A stretch of 64,000 bases of DNA, taken from Octopus bimaculoides. Taxonomy: Eukaryota. The stretch lies in contig NC_068990.1 of the NCBI RefSeq assembly GCF_001194135.2, positions 25,019,959-25,083,958 on the forward strand, read 5' to 3'. Positions within the stretch are counted from its first letter, which is position 1, and every line of letters starts with the position of its first letter. Under the pieces are notes generated by a model. The model was not told the origin of the DNA, ran no database searches, and saw only the letters and a list, made by a program, of their open reading frames with translations. This document shows, in pieces, positions 1 through 12,049 of this stretch. Position numbers and translations under genes: made by a program.

Positions 1-235
1 ACATCTAGACATAGATATACATGTCTTGATAAAAGTATGACGAAAAGGTTTTCACTTGTAACTATCCCGTTCCTTTTTTCTTCAAATCGTAGAAGTTCAT
101 CATCCACCATGTGGTTCTTTTCCAATAAAACAAAATCTGGCTGTTATTTCTGACTCATCTACGAAGAAGTATTCAGGCTTACACACGCACACGTACATAC
201 CCATAAACATATGTATAAATGCCCTGTAAGTGTCA

Positions 236-307
236 TCCTCGGTAGTATAGTGGTAAGTATCCCCGCCTGTCACGCGGGAGACCGGGGTTCGATTCCCCGC
301 CGGGGAG
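236..307 (+). tRNA. tRNA-Asp (GUC)
   Basis: 72-nt TCCTCGGTAGTATAGTGG...GGTTCGATTCCCCGCCGGGGAG; cloverleaf closes (acceptor TCCTCGG/CCGGGGA), anticodon stem CCCGC/GCGGG with GTC at 269-271, A and B boxes intact, T6 Pol III terminator at 318-323. Confidence 0.97.
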
Positions 308-1616
308 ACATTTGTACTTTTTTATTCTGCTTTGATTATGTGGCTGAGAAATTATGATGGAAGGTTTCAAATTCCACTCCTCTCACAGATCATATTGAAT
401 AAATGTCTTCTATACCCTCGTACCTATCCAGGTCCTGTGAAAATTTTTGCTGAGAGAAAACTGTATGAGTGTGTAGGTTTAGTCGAACGAATCGGTCCTA
501 GTTCTTTTTTTTTTTAAGTCTGGTACTTATAGCATCGAGCCTTATTTACCGAACTGCTAAGTTACAGTGACATAAACAAACCAACCCCGGTTGCTAAGCG
601 GTGGTAGGGAGCACAAACATAAACACGAAGATTCATGTAATATCATCATCATTTTAATATCTGCTTTTCGATGCTTATATGTCAGATGGAATTCGTTGAG
701 ACAGACTATGGCTGGGTGACCTGCCTGTTGCCAACCTTCATCGGATCTTTATGGTTTGACGGGCAACATTTTTTTATGTAGTGCCCGTCAAACCATAAAG
801 ATCCAAATAATGAGTGATACATTTGTCAAGGTGTTGATTAAGGTTATGTTGATGATATTAAAAAATTCTTTTTTGACGTTTCAGCTCTTTCTTCCTCTCT
901 CTTCAAGACCATTCTTCCCTTACTCATAAATATCTTTAAATATGTATTTTGAAATTCATTTTCCAGAAATAATATTTTGAGAATGTAGGTTACATTATGT
1001 CGATGTTTCAAACATAGATATCTGGAGAAAAAAAAATGGGAAAAATCCTAAAGCTAGCAAATTCTCGAAGAGCAGAATGGTCAGAAACTTCTTGTGTAGA
1101 GAAAAATTTAGAAATTCTTTCTGCACTTTCTCCGCATAATTGTAGTCTACACCCTCGAAAACATATATATGCAAAATTTCATCAAAAACTACGTAATTTT
1201 CAGAAAGTTATGAGGAAACAAAGTTGCGGGGCACTGAACTGTAGATATGCCCTTGGTTTCTATAACGCTAGCCTCGTATTGCAACTTCCATAGGATTTGA
1301 ACTGAAGAATGTCGAACGATTAACTTTAGTTAACTTGAGTGCACAAAAAATCATTTATATATTGCGGATATCTTGTTTGGGTGTGGCTGGCTTGAATAAA
1401 TCTTTAAAACATCGGAACGTTATCTTCGTATGTTATCGAAAACGATGACGAATAATGTTTAGTAACATATTTATGTTCTGAAAGAAGAGAAGATGTGTGA
1501 ATTTATAGTATTTTATTGCATTGCTATTTTATATTATTGAAGATTTCTAAATTTATATCAAATGGGAAAATTGTAATAGAATGACTTCCTAAAATGAAAG
1601 CTTGATCAACAGCCAA

Positions 1617-1688
1617 TCCTCGGTAGTATAGTGGTAAGTATCCCCGCCTGTCACGCGGGAGACCGGGGTTCGATTCCCCGCCGGGGAG
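1617..1688 (+). tRNA. tRNA-Asp (GUC), second copy
   Basis: 72-nt body identical to 236-307, anticodon GTC at 1650-1652, T7 terminator 1696-1702, unrelated flanks. Confidence 0.97.
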
Positions 1689-2879
1689 GCTCAAATTTTT
1701 TTCCTCCCGTAACACTTTATACTAGATGTTATAACGTATTAAAAGAGCTTGTGAATTGAACCCCATGAAGTGTATTTTCTCTATATAGTCTCATTTTACA
1801 GTCAATACTCCCGAGAAATGCATGAAAATCACACAAGCTATGTTGTCAGCCCTTGTTGAGCAGACCTTTAAGGATCAAAGGCGTTGAGACCCTAATCATT
1901 TTACATATATATTTTTTAAATCCAAGCGAGGTGCAACCAGTGTTACATAAACCAGTCTGTCCTTCCTATTTTAAGGCGAGAGCGTCTGATACAAAGATTT
2001 GACTGCTGTTTCTAGCAGGCTAAGAGTAAAATGAAAAGACACGTGAAATTAATGCTTCTCTTGAATTTTTAAACCCTTCATTTCTATGAGCTGTTGAGCA
2101 GTTATATAACATCACATAACTTCTATAATTTTCGATTTCAAATCATCCATAACATAGATCCTTCTAACTGAATAAAAATACCCTAAGGATGTGTTATATT
2201 CTCTTTCAACAGAATTAATAACGAATATGGGTATGTACAAAAATAGACTTGGTTATCCGGAAAAAGTGAAACGAATAAATATATGCATATAAATAGATAA
2301 TTAAACGTCATTATTTGAGATTTCTTGGATCGTTTCCTTTTGGCCGGCAAGATCCGATTTCTTTTGTAATTTTTCGTGCAATAGTAATTACAAACTGAAA
2401 ACTCATTTCGAAAAGTAAAAATATTAGTTAAAAGTTTATTGAAAAGAAATTTATCAAGTTATGAATAGAGTCACGAGTAAACGAAACGAATAAGTAATAC
2501 TTAAAGCTAAGTTATTAAATGTTTATATTATAAACTTCTGTTTTCTGGCTCTTTACGTTCTGGGTGCAAATCCAGCTGAAACCAACTTTACCTTTCATCC
2601 TTTTGCAACCGATAAAATAAAATACCATTCAAGTACTTGAATCAATGGTATCGGTTAATCCCATCACTGTCTTGTGCCCAGATGAAAAAAAAAAACAATA
2701 TCATATATTTTTCCATTTCTCCCGTAAAACAATACCAATGTATTTCCATTTCTCTTGTAAAAGTAGTTACAAATAATTATAAATAAATAACTTCTTTCGA
2801 AAAGTAAAAGTTTACAGAATAGAAATTTAGGAACACGTTTGTCTTCCATTGCTTATTCGTTTCGTTTTCTCGGAATATC

Positions 2880-3031
2880 CGGACTTATTTTTGTACATTC
2901 TCAACTTCATTTTCAACACCGCTCTTACCTGTACCCCAAGCGGAAGGTCACCCCAACACATGCACTCACATATACATATTTATATGCAAAGCTAACATAC
3001 CCAAACACATGTAGGCATGGGTGTCAAAAAC
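2880..3031. promoter_or_regulatory. Probable TIMM29 promoter/5' UTR region, possibly bidirectional
   Basis: Locally CpG-richer than flanks, CGGAAG (ETS-like) at 2941-2946 just upstream of exon 1; minus-strand donor-like CAG|GTAAGA at 2931-2923. Confidence 0.35.
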
Positions 3032-3125
3032 ATGCTTTCTTCTATGAAGGAATTATCGCTAAAATTAATGCGTCACAAAGTGACTTTCCCCGAGAAATTA
3101 AAAGGTGGACGGATAGAAAAGATAG
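3032..3125 (+). CDS. TIMM29: TIM29 (mitochondrial TIM22 complex subunit) exon 1
   Basis: MLSSMKELSLKLMRHKVTFPEKLKGGRIEKI-G; AAAAAC-ATG start context (in-frame alternative ATGs at 3017, 3044, 3068); perfect donor G|GTAAGT at 3126; phase 1 matches exon 2. Confidence 0.8.
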
Positions 3126-3892
3126 GTAAGTGAAATGTTAAAATTATATTATATTCTTGATTTCCGTTTTCTCTAAAAGCCGGTTTAATTTGAAGATAGA
3201 ACTATAATAACTACGGATGATCGTTAGTAGTATAACTAAATATAACTGAATACTAACTGTAATAACTACGGGAGAACGTTAGTATTATAAACTGACGCAT
3301 ACAGGTTTTGATATGTTATTCGATTCCATTTCCCACCTCTTTCCTTTTATTATATCTTAAATTCATCGAATCAGTATGTTTTACTGTTTTGAAATTTCAG
3401 GATTCCTGGTGAGGCGAGTCCACGACCTTGTTTCCAGTTCCTGTTTTAAATCTTTCTATTTACACTGCCAACGGTTTCTTTTTCTATTATCCTAGAGGCA
3501 GTGTGAAAGCCTCAACTCCATTTATTTCATATCCAGAAACTGGAGGCCTTTTCTCTACATGAAAAATTCAAGGCCGTCTCTAATTAAAGATATTCTAGCT
3601 GTGACCATCCCATCACATCCCTTAATACAGTCACCTACACCTAAGACCACAATATTCAATATTAGCCTCGGGCCATCCCTGATCGAGATAATTAAAAACG
3701 TTCCAGATGTGACCATGCCGTCACATCACTGAACTCGGTACTTCGGACAGCATTATCCAGTATGTCCTTTTCGAAGACGATTGGCTACGAAAGAATGCGG
3801 AATGTAAATGGTTTCATTTCATTATCGCTTATCTCCGTTCTTTAAAGACCTTCACTATTAAATATGAAGATTACATTTTAAAAAGTTATCAG

Positions 3893-4265
3893 TAGAGTGG
3901 CTGTGTGGTAAGTAGCTAGCTTACCAACCACATGGTCCCGGGTTCAGTCCCACTGCGCGGCATCTTGGGCAAGTGTCTTCTACTATAGCCTTGGGCCGAC
4001 CAAAGCCTTGTGAGTGGATTTGGTAGACGGAAACTGAAAGAAGCCCGTCGTATATATGTATGTGTGTGTTTGTCCCCCCAACATCGCTTGACAACCGATG
4101 CTGGTGTGTTTATGTCCCCGTAACCTAGCGGTTCGGCAAAAGAGATCGATAGAATAAGTACTAGGCTTCTAAAGAATAAGTCCTGGGGTCGATTTGCTCG
4201 ACTAAAAGCCGGTGCTCCAGCATGGCCACAGTCAAAAGACTGAAACAAGTAAAAGAGTAAAAGAG
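3893..4265 (+). mobile_element. tRNA-derived SINE (family B), near full length
   Basis: A box GTGGCTGTGTGGTAAG, B box GGTTCAGTCCC, body GGGCAAGTGTCTTCTACTATAGCC...GTGGATTTGGTAGACGGAAACTGAAAGAAGCC; related copies near 6570, 11050, 18650, 26640-27010, 36370, 38790, 60800-61170. Confidence 0.8.
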
Positions 4266-6012
4266 AGTAATTAAAACAAATGTCCTGGGGCTAAATAACA
4301 GTAGCATTCTTCCCTTTCCTGGGACTGCCACGTTAAGCTGGCAACAAACCATCACTTTATCGTGCTGCTACTGTATAAGTCTCTCTGAGAGATTTAGAAA
4401 TGCAATATTTCTGATTTTATATATAAATTGCCGGCCATGTATGTGGTTGTATTGTAAGAATAAAATAGATGGGTCCCATTTTCGACGATAGTGTTAGTTG
4501 AATATAACCTCTTTTCTCCTTGCATTCAATTCGACTATTAAGTTTGGGGAATTTTTTACTAATTTTCTTGGTCTTTGATTGTTATTGATCTATAGTTAGC
4601 CTTTACTATCCATTTATTTACACCAATTAAATTTCTTTTTCATTCGTATTTTAAAATAAAAGTGTAATCTATTCGCGTACTAATTTCCTTGTTACCAGTG
4701 TATAGTGCATACATTAGAATATGATTAAATAAAAGTTAGATGCAGAACAGGTAACATCAACAGAGTATTTATTAAAAACCTAAATCTCAGTCGAGAATTA
4801 AAAAAAAAAAAGCATAAACTAAAGGGAGATCACTCCAAACGCTTTCTTTTGGGTTGACATGAACCCAAGTGTGGTGGGAAAGACTATAAATCGATTGATC
4901 GGGGTTTCTTTATATTACTGACAGTAAAATATCAAGTCAACCTTTCAGTGAATTATATACGGAACCCGACCCATCAAACTAGACTAGAACTTCCGCGATT
5001 GATCTATAGAACATTTCTTGTTAATTAAAAAAGGATGTAATGTGAAATTGATAACTTGTGAGCAAGACACCTACCCACTACACAATATCCCTCTTTTATA
5101 AAAAGAAATCATCATCGTCCTCATCATCATCATTTAACTTCCACTTATCTATGCTTTCATGCGGCAGATATTCTATGGTCGGATATCCTTCCTGTCGCCA
5201 AGGCAATATTTTCCCACGGCCAGAATTGTTTGCATGGAAGCTTGGAAACGAACATTAACGCTTGTATGATGGTGACGCTTGTTCACAACCATCAAACGAT
5301 GTCAAGACAAGGATACACAAATACACCGCTATTGTTTTAACGCCCACTTTTTCATGCTTGCAAGGGTAAGACGGAATTTGTTGAGACAGATTTTCTCCGG
5401 CTGGATGTCCTTGTTATCACCAACCCTCACCTGTTTCTAAGCAAGGTAATATTTCACCACCATCAAACATGTTTTTGCACTAAGTTCACAGTATCGAGGT
5501 TCTGTCTATTTTATTCTGACAATTTGAACTAGATATTCCCAAGATAGGAGATGGAACCATTCTTTATTACTAACAAGCTCTTGGGATTGTACACTTTTAA
5601 ACCTTTATGCTTTAAATCTGCCTTTTCCATTGGAAACAAACACTATCGTATTAACGTACCTTTTGTTTACAAAGATTGAGAAATGTGTCAAGAAGCCCAA
5701 ATATGTATTCATAGTGGACTGCATGTGAATGACTCATGGAAAAGTGAATGCTATAACTTCGATGATGATCATAAACACACGTACAAGGGTATATTAAAAA
5801 GTTCCTGGCTTTGTGTAACACAAAATACAGGAGGATCAGTTAATTATGATTTTATTCAACATATCTCCCTCTCAGATTTACACACTTATTACAGTGGTCC
5901 TTCAGCTTTTCTAAGCTCTGTAAAAGAACTCAGGAGGTTGGGCCTCCAACTAGGTCTTTCACGATACCCTTAAAGTAAGGAACTTTTTAGACCCTCCTTA
6001 TATATATATATA

Positions 6013-6357
6013 TCATCATCATCATCATCGTTTAACGTCCGCTTTCCATGCTAGCATGGGTTGGACGATTTGACTGAGGACTGGTGCAACCGGATGGCTA
6101 CACCAGGCTCCAATCTAATTTGGCAGAGTTTCTACAGCTGGATGCCCTTCCTAACGCCAACCACTCAGAGAGTGTAGTGGGTGCTTTTACGTGTCACCCG
6201 CACGAAAACGGCCACGCTCGAAATGGTGTCTTTTATGTGCCACCCGCACAAGAGCCAGTCCAGGGGCACTGGCAACGATCTCGCTCGAAAACCCTACAAG
6301 GCCAGTCAGGTGGTACTGGCAACGGTCATGCTCAGGATGGTACATCTTATGTGCCAC
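6013..6357 (-). mobile_element. 3' end of RTE-type LINE or RTE-tailed SINE with (GAT)n tail
   Basis: Reverse complement ends GGAAGGGCATCCAGCTGTAGAAAC...GCATGGAAAGCGGACGTTAAACGATGATGATG; the same tail occurs at 47880-48027, 40297-40460 and in many degenerate copies. Confidence 0.75.
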
Positions 6358-6437
6358 ATCTATATATATGTATGTATGTGTGTGTATATATATATATATA
6401 TCATCATCATCGTTTAACGTCCGCTTATATATATATA

Positions 6438-6452
<15 letters not shown>

Positions 6453-6518
<66 letters not shown>
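6453..6518. repeat. (AT)n microsatellite
   Basis: About 33 perfect units, directly visible. Confidence 0.98.
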
Positions 6519-6521
<3 letters not shown>

Positions 6522-7455
6522 GAGGTGCTGCAAAGTTACATACACACACACTCACACTTGACAGGTGCCATTTACAAGGTTATAGAAGGTACTTGCCCAA
6601 AGTGTAATGCAGTAGGACAACCTGAAACCATATGGTTGGGAAATGAACTTCTTAACTGCACAGCTATGTATAATATAAGCAGAAGAATGATTAGCTTTGT
6701 TAATATAGCTGAGAAACATCTGTGATGTTTGAATAAAGCAGAGATTATCTGGTTGAATGGTCTTAGAATTTGCCATTCTCACATGGCATCCAGCAAAGGA
6801 ATATCTAAGTAAAACACAAGAATCCAGGGGACTAATTGCAGTCTGGATGCTGTGATGGTTGTATGATGAAGTTTGCTTCACAGCCATGTGGCTCCAGGTA
6901 TTTGGCATCTTGTCGAAGTTTCTTCTATCAAGGCCTTGTGAATGAAATTTGATTAGTGGAAACTGTATGGAAGCCTATCAAGTGGGCTGCTCCTATTTTT
7001 GTGTGGTAGAGTTAATCCATCACTCTGTTTAATAATTACACTTAGTAGTTGAGGTGGGAGGAGGTTTTAATGAAGTGTATTCTGCTTTAAGCTTTCAGGC
7101 TAAGACTGAGGAGAGGTTTTTTTTCTCACCTATCTTCATAAATGTCTTAGAAACCCTGAAAATGGTCATGTGAACTGCCCTTCCTGCTTTGACTTAGCCA
7201 TTAAACAAGTAAACTATTTTCAAAAATAAACTATTTAATTGAACTAGTGAATGAATATAAACTTAGATGTTGGTGTTAGGAAGGGCATTCAGCTGTAGAA
7301 ACCATGCCAAAGGAGACATTGGAGCATAATGCAGCCCCCCAGCTTGTTGGATCTTGTCAAACCATTCAATCCATGCCAGCATAGAAGACAAAGGTTAAAA
7401 GATGATGATTATGATGATATTCTAATTACTGCAAACTTTTTCTTTCTCTCTCCAG

Positions 7456-7964
7456 GAAACTACTTCCACAACATCTACAGTGATTACAAAGTCGTTGCTA
7501 TAGAGACTGCAGAATCCATGAGAGAAAAACCTTTGAAGGCATCAGCTTATATCACTTTCCTTTCTGCTATTGGATTCTTAATAAAATACAACCCTAATGA
7601 GAACAGTTTCACTTACAGCCTCATGGAAAATGCCAATAAACTTGCACTTGTTGGTCAAGCAATCCGCAGCCCCAAAACAGAGAAACATTTAAGTGAATTG
7701 GTTGCAAACATGAGAGACAGCAAATTGGTTCATATTAATTTAGGAATTTGTTCTTTCATGTATGAAGACAATTATACTCAAGGTCTTGGTTTGTTCGTTG
7801 CACAGTGCAGTAAATTAAAAACCCCATGGCTAGAGATTTCTAAAAGTATTGTGGATGTTGGTATTTTTGGTTACTGGATTTATTTGGAAGATGCCATGAA
7901 GAATTATGACATTAATGAGAACGAATGGGATGAAACTGGAAATATGAAGGCTTCATCTCGTTAA
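7456..7964 (+). CDS. TIMM29: TIM29 exon 2 (terminal coding exon)
   Basis: Acceptor ttttctttctctctccag|GA AAC; peptide NYFHNIYSDY...REKPLKASAY...NLGICSFMYE...VDVGIFGYWIYLEDAMKNYDINENEW has the TIM29 family motifs (human NLGLCSLVYE, VLDVGFVGRWW, DCDINDDEF); spliced CDS 603 nt = 200 aa; AATAAA at 8011-8016. Confidence 0.92.
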
Positions 7965-8280
7965 CATAATCAGCTTCTGTAAGCAATAGAGGAGACCAAT
8001 AGTGAAACAGAATAAAATGTTTTGATTTCAGATATATTGATTTTATTTCTGTGATATATTGTTCGTTTTTATGTCCATTTTTCCAGCATGCATTACATGA
8101 ATATCTTATTGAAGTTTTGTTTTACTGCTGGATGCCCTTTCTGTCCTTAACCCTTGCATGTTTTGAAAGGTGTACAGTGAATGGAAAAGTGACAACACTG
8201 CTTGCAGCTTCACAAATACAGAGATGCACTCGCTTGCTTGCTCGCTCACTCCCTCCCTCCTTCCCTCTATATACATATAC

Positions 8281-8311
<31 letters not shown>

Positions 8312-8452
8312 CATANNNNNNNNNNNNNNNNNNNNNNNNNNNNNNNNNNNNNNNNNNNNNNNNNNNNNNNNNNNNNNNNNNNNNNNNNNNNNNNNNNNNN
8401 NNNNNNNNNNNNNNNTATATACATATATATATACATACATATATATACATAT

Positions 8453-8890
8453 AAAGTCTTAGTGAGTAGGAAGGCGGACAAATCACAAATCCCTTCAGGT
8501 AGATAGCTCTGTTTGATCTGTAGAAAAAGTGTAGGTAGAAACTCCATAAGATGTACCTGGTGTAAGCTATAGACACATAAGAGGTGCAGCAATATCAAAG
8601 GAAGGTTAGCGGGGAAGATAGTTTTTGTGTGTGGCAGATGCACAGGTGCAATAAACACCGGAGATGTACAGAAAACAGATTCTGTCACTTGCCAGGCGGG
8701 GAAGGAAAACTAGAAGTAGTTGATAGCTTCCGTTACCGAGATGACCAAGTCAGTAGCTGGGGTGGATGTTCTGAGAGTGTAGCTGCTTGAATAAATATAG
8801 CTGGAGCAAAGTTCAGAGAGATCCTACTTCTGCTGGTAATAAAGGCCTTTCTCTCAGAGTGAAAGGTAGACTATGTGATGCCTGTGTGCG
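8453..8890 (+). mobile_element. RTE-clade LINE fragment (post-RT region), inactivated
   Basis: KVLVSRKADKSQIPSGR*LCLICRK...GKLEVVDSFRY..DQVSS.GGCSESVAA; homologous to 29065-29270; stops at Trp positions. Confidence 0.8.
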
Positions 8891-9105
8891 AGCTGGCAGA
8901 AATGTTAGCACGCCGGGCGAAATGCTTAGCGGTATTTCGTCTGCCACTACGTTCTGAGTTCAAATTCCGTCGAGGTTGACTTTGCCTTTCATCCTTTCGG
9001 GGTCGATTAAATAAGTATCAGTTATGCACTGGAGTCGATATAATCGATTTATCTGTTTGTCCCCTCTGTGTGTAGCCCCTTGGGGGCAGTAAAGAAATAA
9101 GGAAC
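8889..9105 (+). mobile_element. tRNA-derived SINE (family A)
   Basis: GAGCTGGCAGAA...GTTCTGAGTTCAAATTCC..GAGGT.GACTTTGCCTTTCATCCTTTCGGGGTCGAT; other + copies near 2560, 9528, 35380, 40590, 40810, 44445, 47060; - copies near 19620, 58780, 63000, 63530. Confidence 0.8.
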
Positions 9106-10039
9106 TGAAAGAAGCCTGCTGTGTGTGTATCATCATCATCATTTAACGTCCGCTTATATATATACATGTCTGTGTGTCTGATTTTGTCCATCACTACTAT
9201 TTGATGGTATTGGTTTGTTTACATCCCTGTAAATTAGTTTGGTGAAAGAGACCCATAGAATAAGTAACAGGCTTGAAAAAAGTACTGGGGTCGATTCGTT
9301 CAACTAAAAATGCAGTGCCTCAGCAAGGCTGCAGTCTAACAACTGAAACAAGTGAGAGACAAGTAAACTGGATGGTCATGACTGGAATGCCTTTGATCAC
9401 TGGCTTGCTTGATCAGTATTGATTTGGGCATAAACAACAGCTAACCTCTACGGGCTCCAGATTTTAACTGGATTAACTTTCACTTATTGAATATTTATTA
9501 TTAATTTCTTTCAAATGTTGGTGAGCTGGTGGAATTGTTAGCACACTGAGCCATGTATTTTTTTTTTGTCTGCCTTTACGTTCTGAGTTCAAATTCCACT
9601 GAAGTCGACTCTGCTTTTTATCCTTTTGGGGTTGATAAAATAAGTAGCAGTTGCACACTGGGGTTGATGAAACTGACCTCCCCCTCCCCTGAAATTGCTA
9701 ACTTTGTGCCAAAATTTGAAACCAATATGAATTCCTCTCAAGAATTGTTCAGAATGATGCTCTGTTAGTCAACTTATACATCACATGATAGGACCACTCA
9801 TTTGCACCAAAGATCTTTAATAAGAAGAAATGCAGGATAAATGAGAAGAGTAGTTTTTTTATCATCAGTTTATTGTTAAACCATTTGTTACCATATTTCT
9901 GTTGAAATTCACTGGCTTTGTTTCAATCTATTTTGAAAATTATGAAGAATTTAGTAAAATTACTTGGTCATTATTAATCATATTGTTACCATATTTCTGT
10001 TAGAACCTTTAGATCTAAATATAATCAGCTATTTTAATG

Positions 10040-10631
10040 CCATTTTGGAAGATGAATCTTTGCAGGGTGGTTTTATCAATATTTGTTGGAAATAATATGT
10101 ACTAGATGGCTCCAATATGTTGGTCATCAGAAAAACTGGTTCATGCTACAATAATGTCCATTAGCTTCAGTGACTGTTGTACTCACAGAATCAGCTGATG
10201 CAGGTGTCTTAGTAACTGCTATCATGCAAGAGATTTTTCAGCTGCTCATATTTTCAGAAGTGCTTTGCAAAACTGACCACTCATCACTTGTAGAAACCTT
10301 TAAATTCATCTGATTTTCTTAATGGTTATTGTCTCAGAGTTAATGTGGCATGAATAAAAAGAAGTGATGACCAATGAAGATAGAATGAATCGGAGGTTGT
10401 GAGACAATTTCAGACTGACAAAAGCAGGAGCTTCCTGAGGTTTTGAGCAACCAGTGATTATAGGATATACTACTGTATCAACTTAAAACCAGTAGCATGA
10501 CTAGGGGGCAGATTGGAGGGGAAGTAAACATTAAAAAAATCCGGCATGTAAATGAAATGTGATAGGGATGGGAGGGTAGAGCACATTCTTGTGGCTTGCC
10601 CCAGGCACGGTTTATCCTAGCTACGCCACTG
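10040..10631 (-). mobile_element. Degenerate hAT-like DNA transposon end
   Basis: Minus strand begins CAGTGGCGTAGCTAGG (hAT-like terminus) followed by a disrupted reading frame with a BED-finger-like YCSM...YWSHL segment; weak. Confidence 0.35.
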
Positions 10632-11316
10632 CTTAAAACTCAATTGTTAATATAGAGTTGTCTCCTTTGGGAGGATAAAGTGTATATTCAAGTAATCATA
10701 ATTTTTGTGAAATCTGCCTGTCTGCAACATAACTTCGGGTTTGTTTGCAGCTCTTCATTCTGTATGTATGTACACAGACACACACACACATGTATTTCTT
10801 AACACTAACGTTAAAAACAGCAAAAATATGAATCTCTATTCTGTCTCTCTTTCACATCTTCATGGATGATGATACATATACATGCATAATGGTATAAGTA
10901 CAAATAAGACAGCAATAGTATATGTGTGCCTCTACTTATACCTTAACAGGATTGCTTGACATTTAGTTAACATATCAAGATATAACTATTGAAAAACAGC
11001 AATTTATTAGTTGGTTAGATAACTAACCAGTTGTCAAGCGATGGGCGGGGGTGGTGGTGACAAACAATATACACAACAGACTTCCTTCAGTTTCCATCTA
11101 CCAAATCCACTCACATGGCATTGGTCAACCTAATGCTATAGTAGAAGACACTTGCCCAAGATGCCATGCAGTGGGACTGAACCTGGAACCATGTGATTGG
11201 GAAGCAAGCTTCTTACCACACGGCCATGCCTGCACCTTGCTATCTATTTCTCTTAAAGATGAGCATAATTTGAAGATTTTTTCTCAGGGTTTACTCTCAA
11301 AGTCTTTTCTATAGCT

Positions 11317-11488
11317 CAGTGGTTCTCATCCAGAATCCACATGGCTCCTGGAGTGGGGTGGGGGTCCACATAAAATTTTCTTGTTAAAATTGTTTATACA
11401 CAAAACATTTTTAAAATGTAATCGGATTCTTTAAACGTGAAATAGGAACCAAAGGGGTCCATTCATAAAAAATGGTTGGGAACCACTG
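11317..11488. mobile_element. hAT (Charlie-like) MITE
   Basis: Termini CAGTGGTTCTCA / TGGGAACCACTG; related copies near 15593-15757 and ending at 58013. Confidence 0.6.
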
Positions 11489-11722
11489 CTGCAGTTGGAT
11501 ATGGCAGCCAGGCAGTAGAGGCTTGAAATCAGGGTTTTCCTTACCCTGGATGAATAGCAAATCAGTCAGGCAGAAGGGGCTTGTTAGCCTTCACCCAGGC
11601 TGATAAGTGCTACTACTCTGGATCAGATTCGATCTGGGAACCATAGTGGCTAAGAGTTGATTCCATGCTCATGAAAATCCTAGAACTCCAAAACCAGGGC
11701 CCCACTACTGGAAGCAGTTTAA

Positions 11723-11947
11723 CATTATCTACAACCTTATTTACAATTGACAGATATTTATCCTCATCTTGTTTGTTAACACAACGTTTCGGCTGATATA
11801 CTCTCCAGCTTTCATCAGGTGTCTTGGGGAAATTTCGAACCTGGGTTCTCATTCCTAAGGTATTTTTCAATGTTGTTGTTATTATTATTCAGGTCACTGC
11901 CTGGAATCTTGGGCTTAGTAGCCCATGCTCTTAACCACTACACCATC
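11723..11947 (-). mobile_element. tRNA-headed SINE with CTGATGA...CGAAACG 3' domain (family E)
   Basis: Same family as 41419-41698; tRNA-like head GTAGTGGTTAAGAGC..GGGCTACTAA. Confidence 0.7.
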
Positions 11948-12049
11948 TACAATCTTGTTCTGGCAACTCCTGCAATGACACTGGTGCCAAATTGTAATGG
12001 CTGTGTGTTCTCTTTGAATCATCACCAATGTGGGGAAGGAGATACCATA

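Noticed and set aside
1-180. Short minus-strand open frame (MVDDELLRFEEKRNG...) at the window edge
   Set aside because: Truncated by the window, no family motif and no convincing splice sites
6084-6725. 213-aa and overlapping ORFs
   Set aside because: Made of an RTE-tail repeat, (AT)n and SINE sequence; no protein-like content
7329-7455. N-terminal 42 codons of the 211-aa ORF
   Set aside because: Intronic: the strong acceptor at 7454-55 and the phase-matched exon 1 at 3032-3125 give a better TIM29 N-terminus
6400-9170. Same chimeric junction CATCATCAT..TTTAACGTCCGCT-TATATATA at about 6411 and 9141
   Set aside because: Explained by an abundant RTE tail abutting TA microsatellites; too short to infer a duplication
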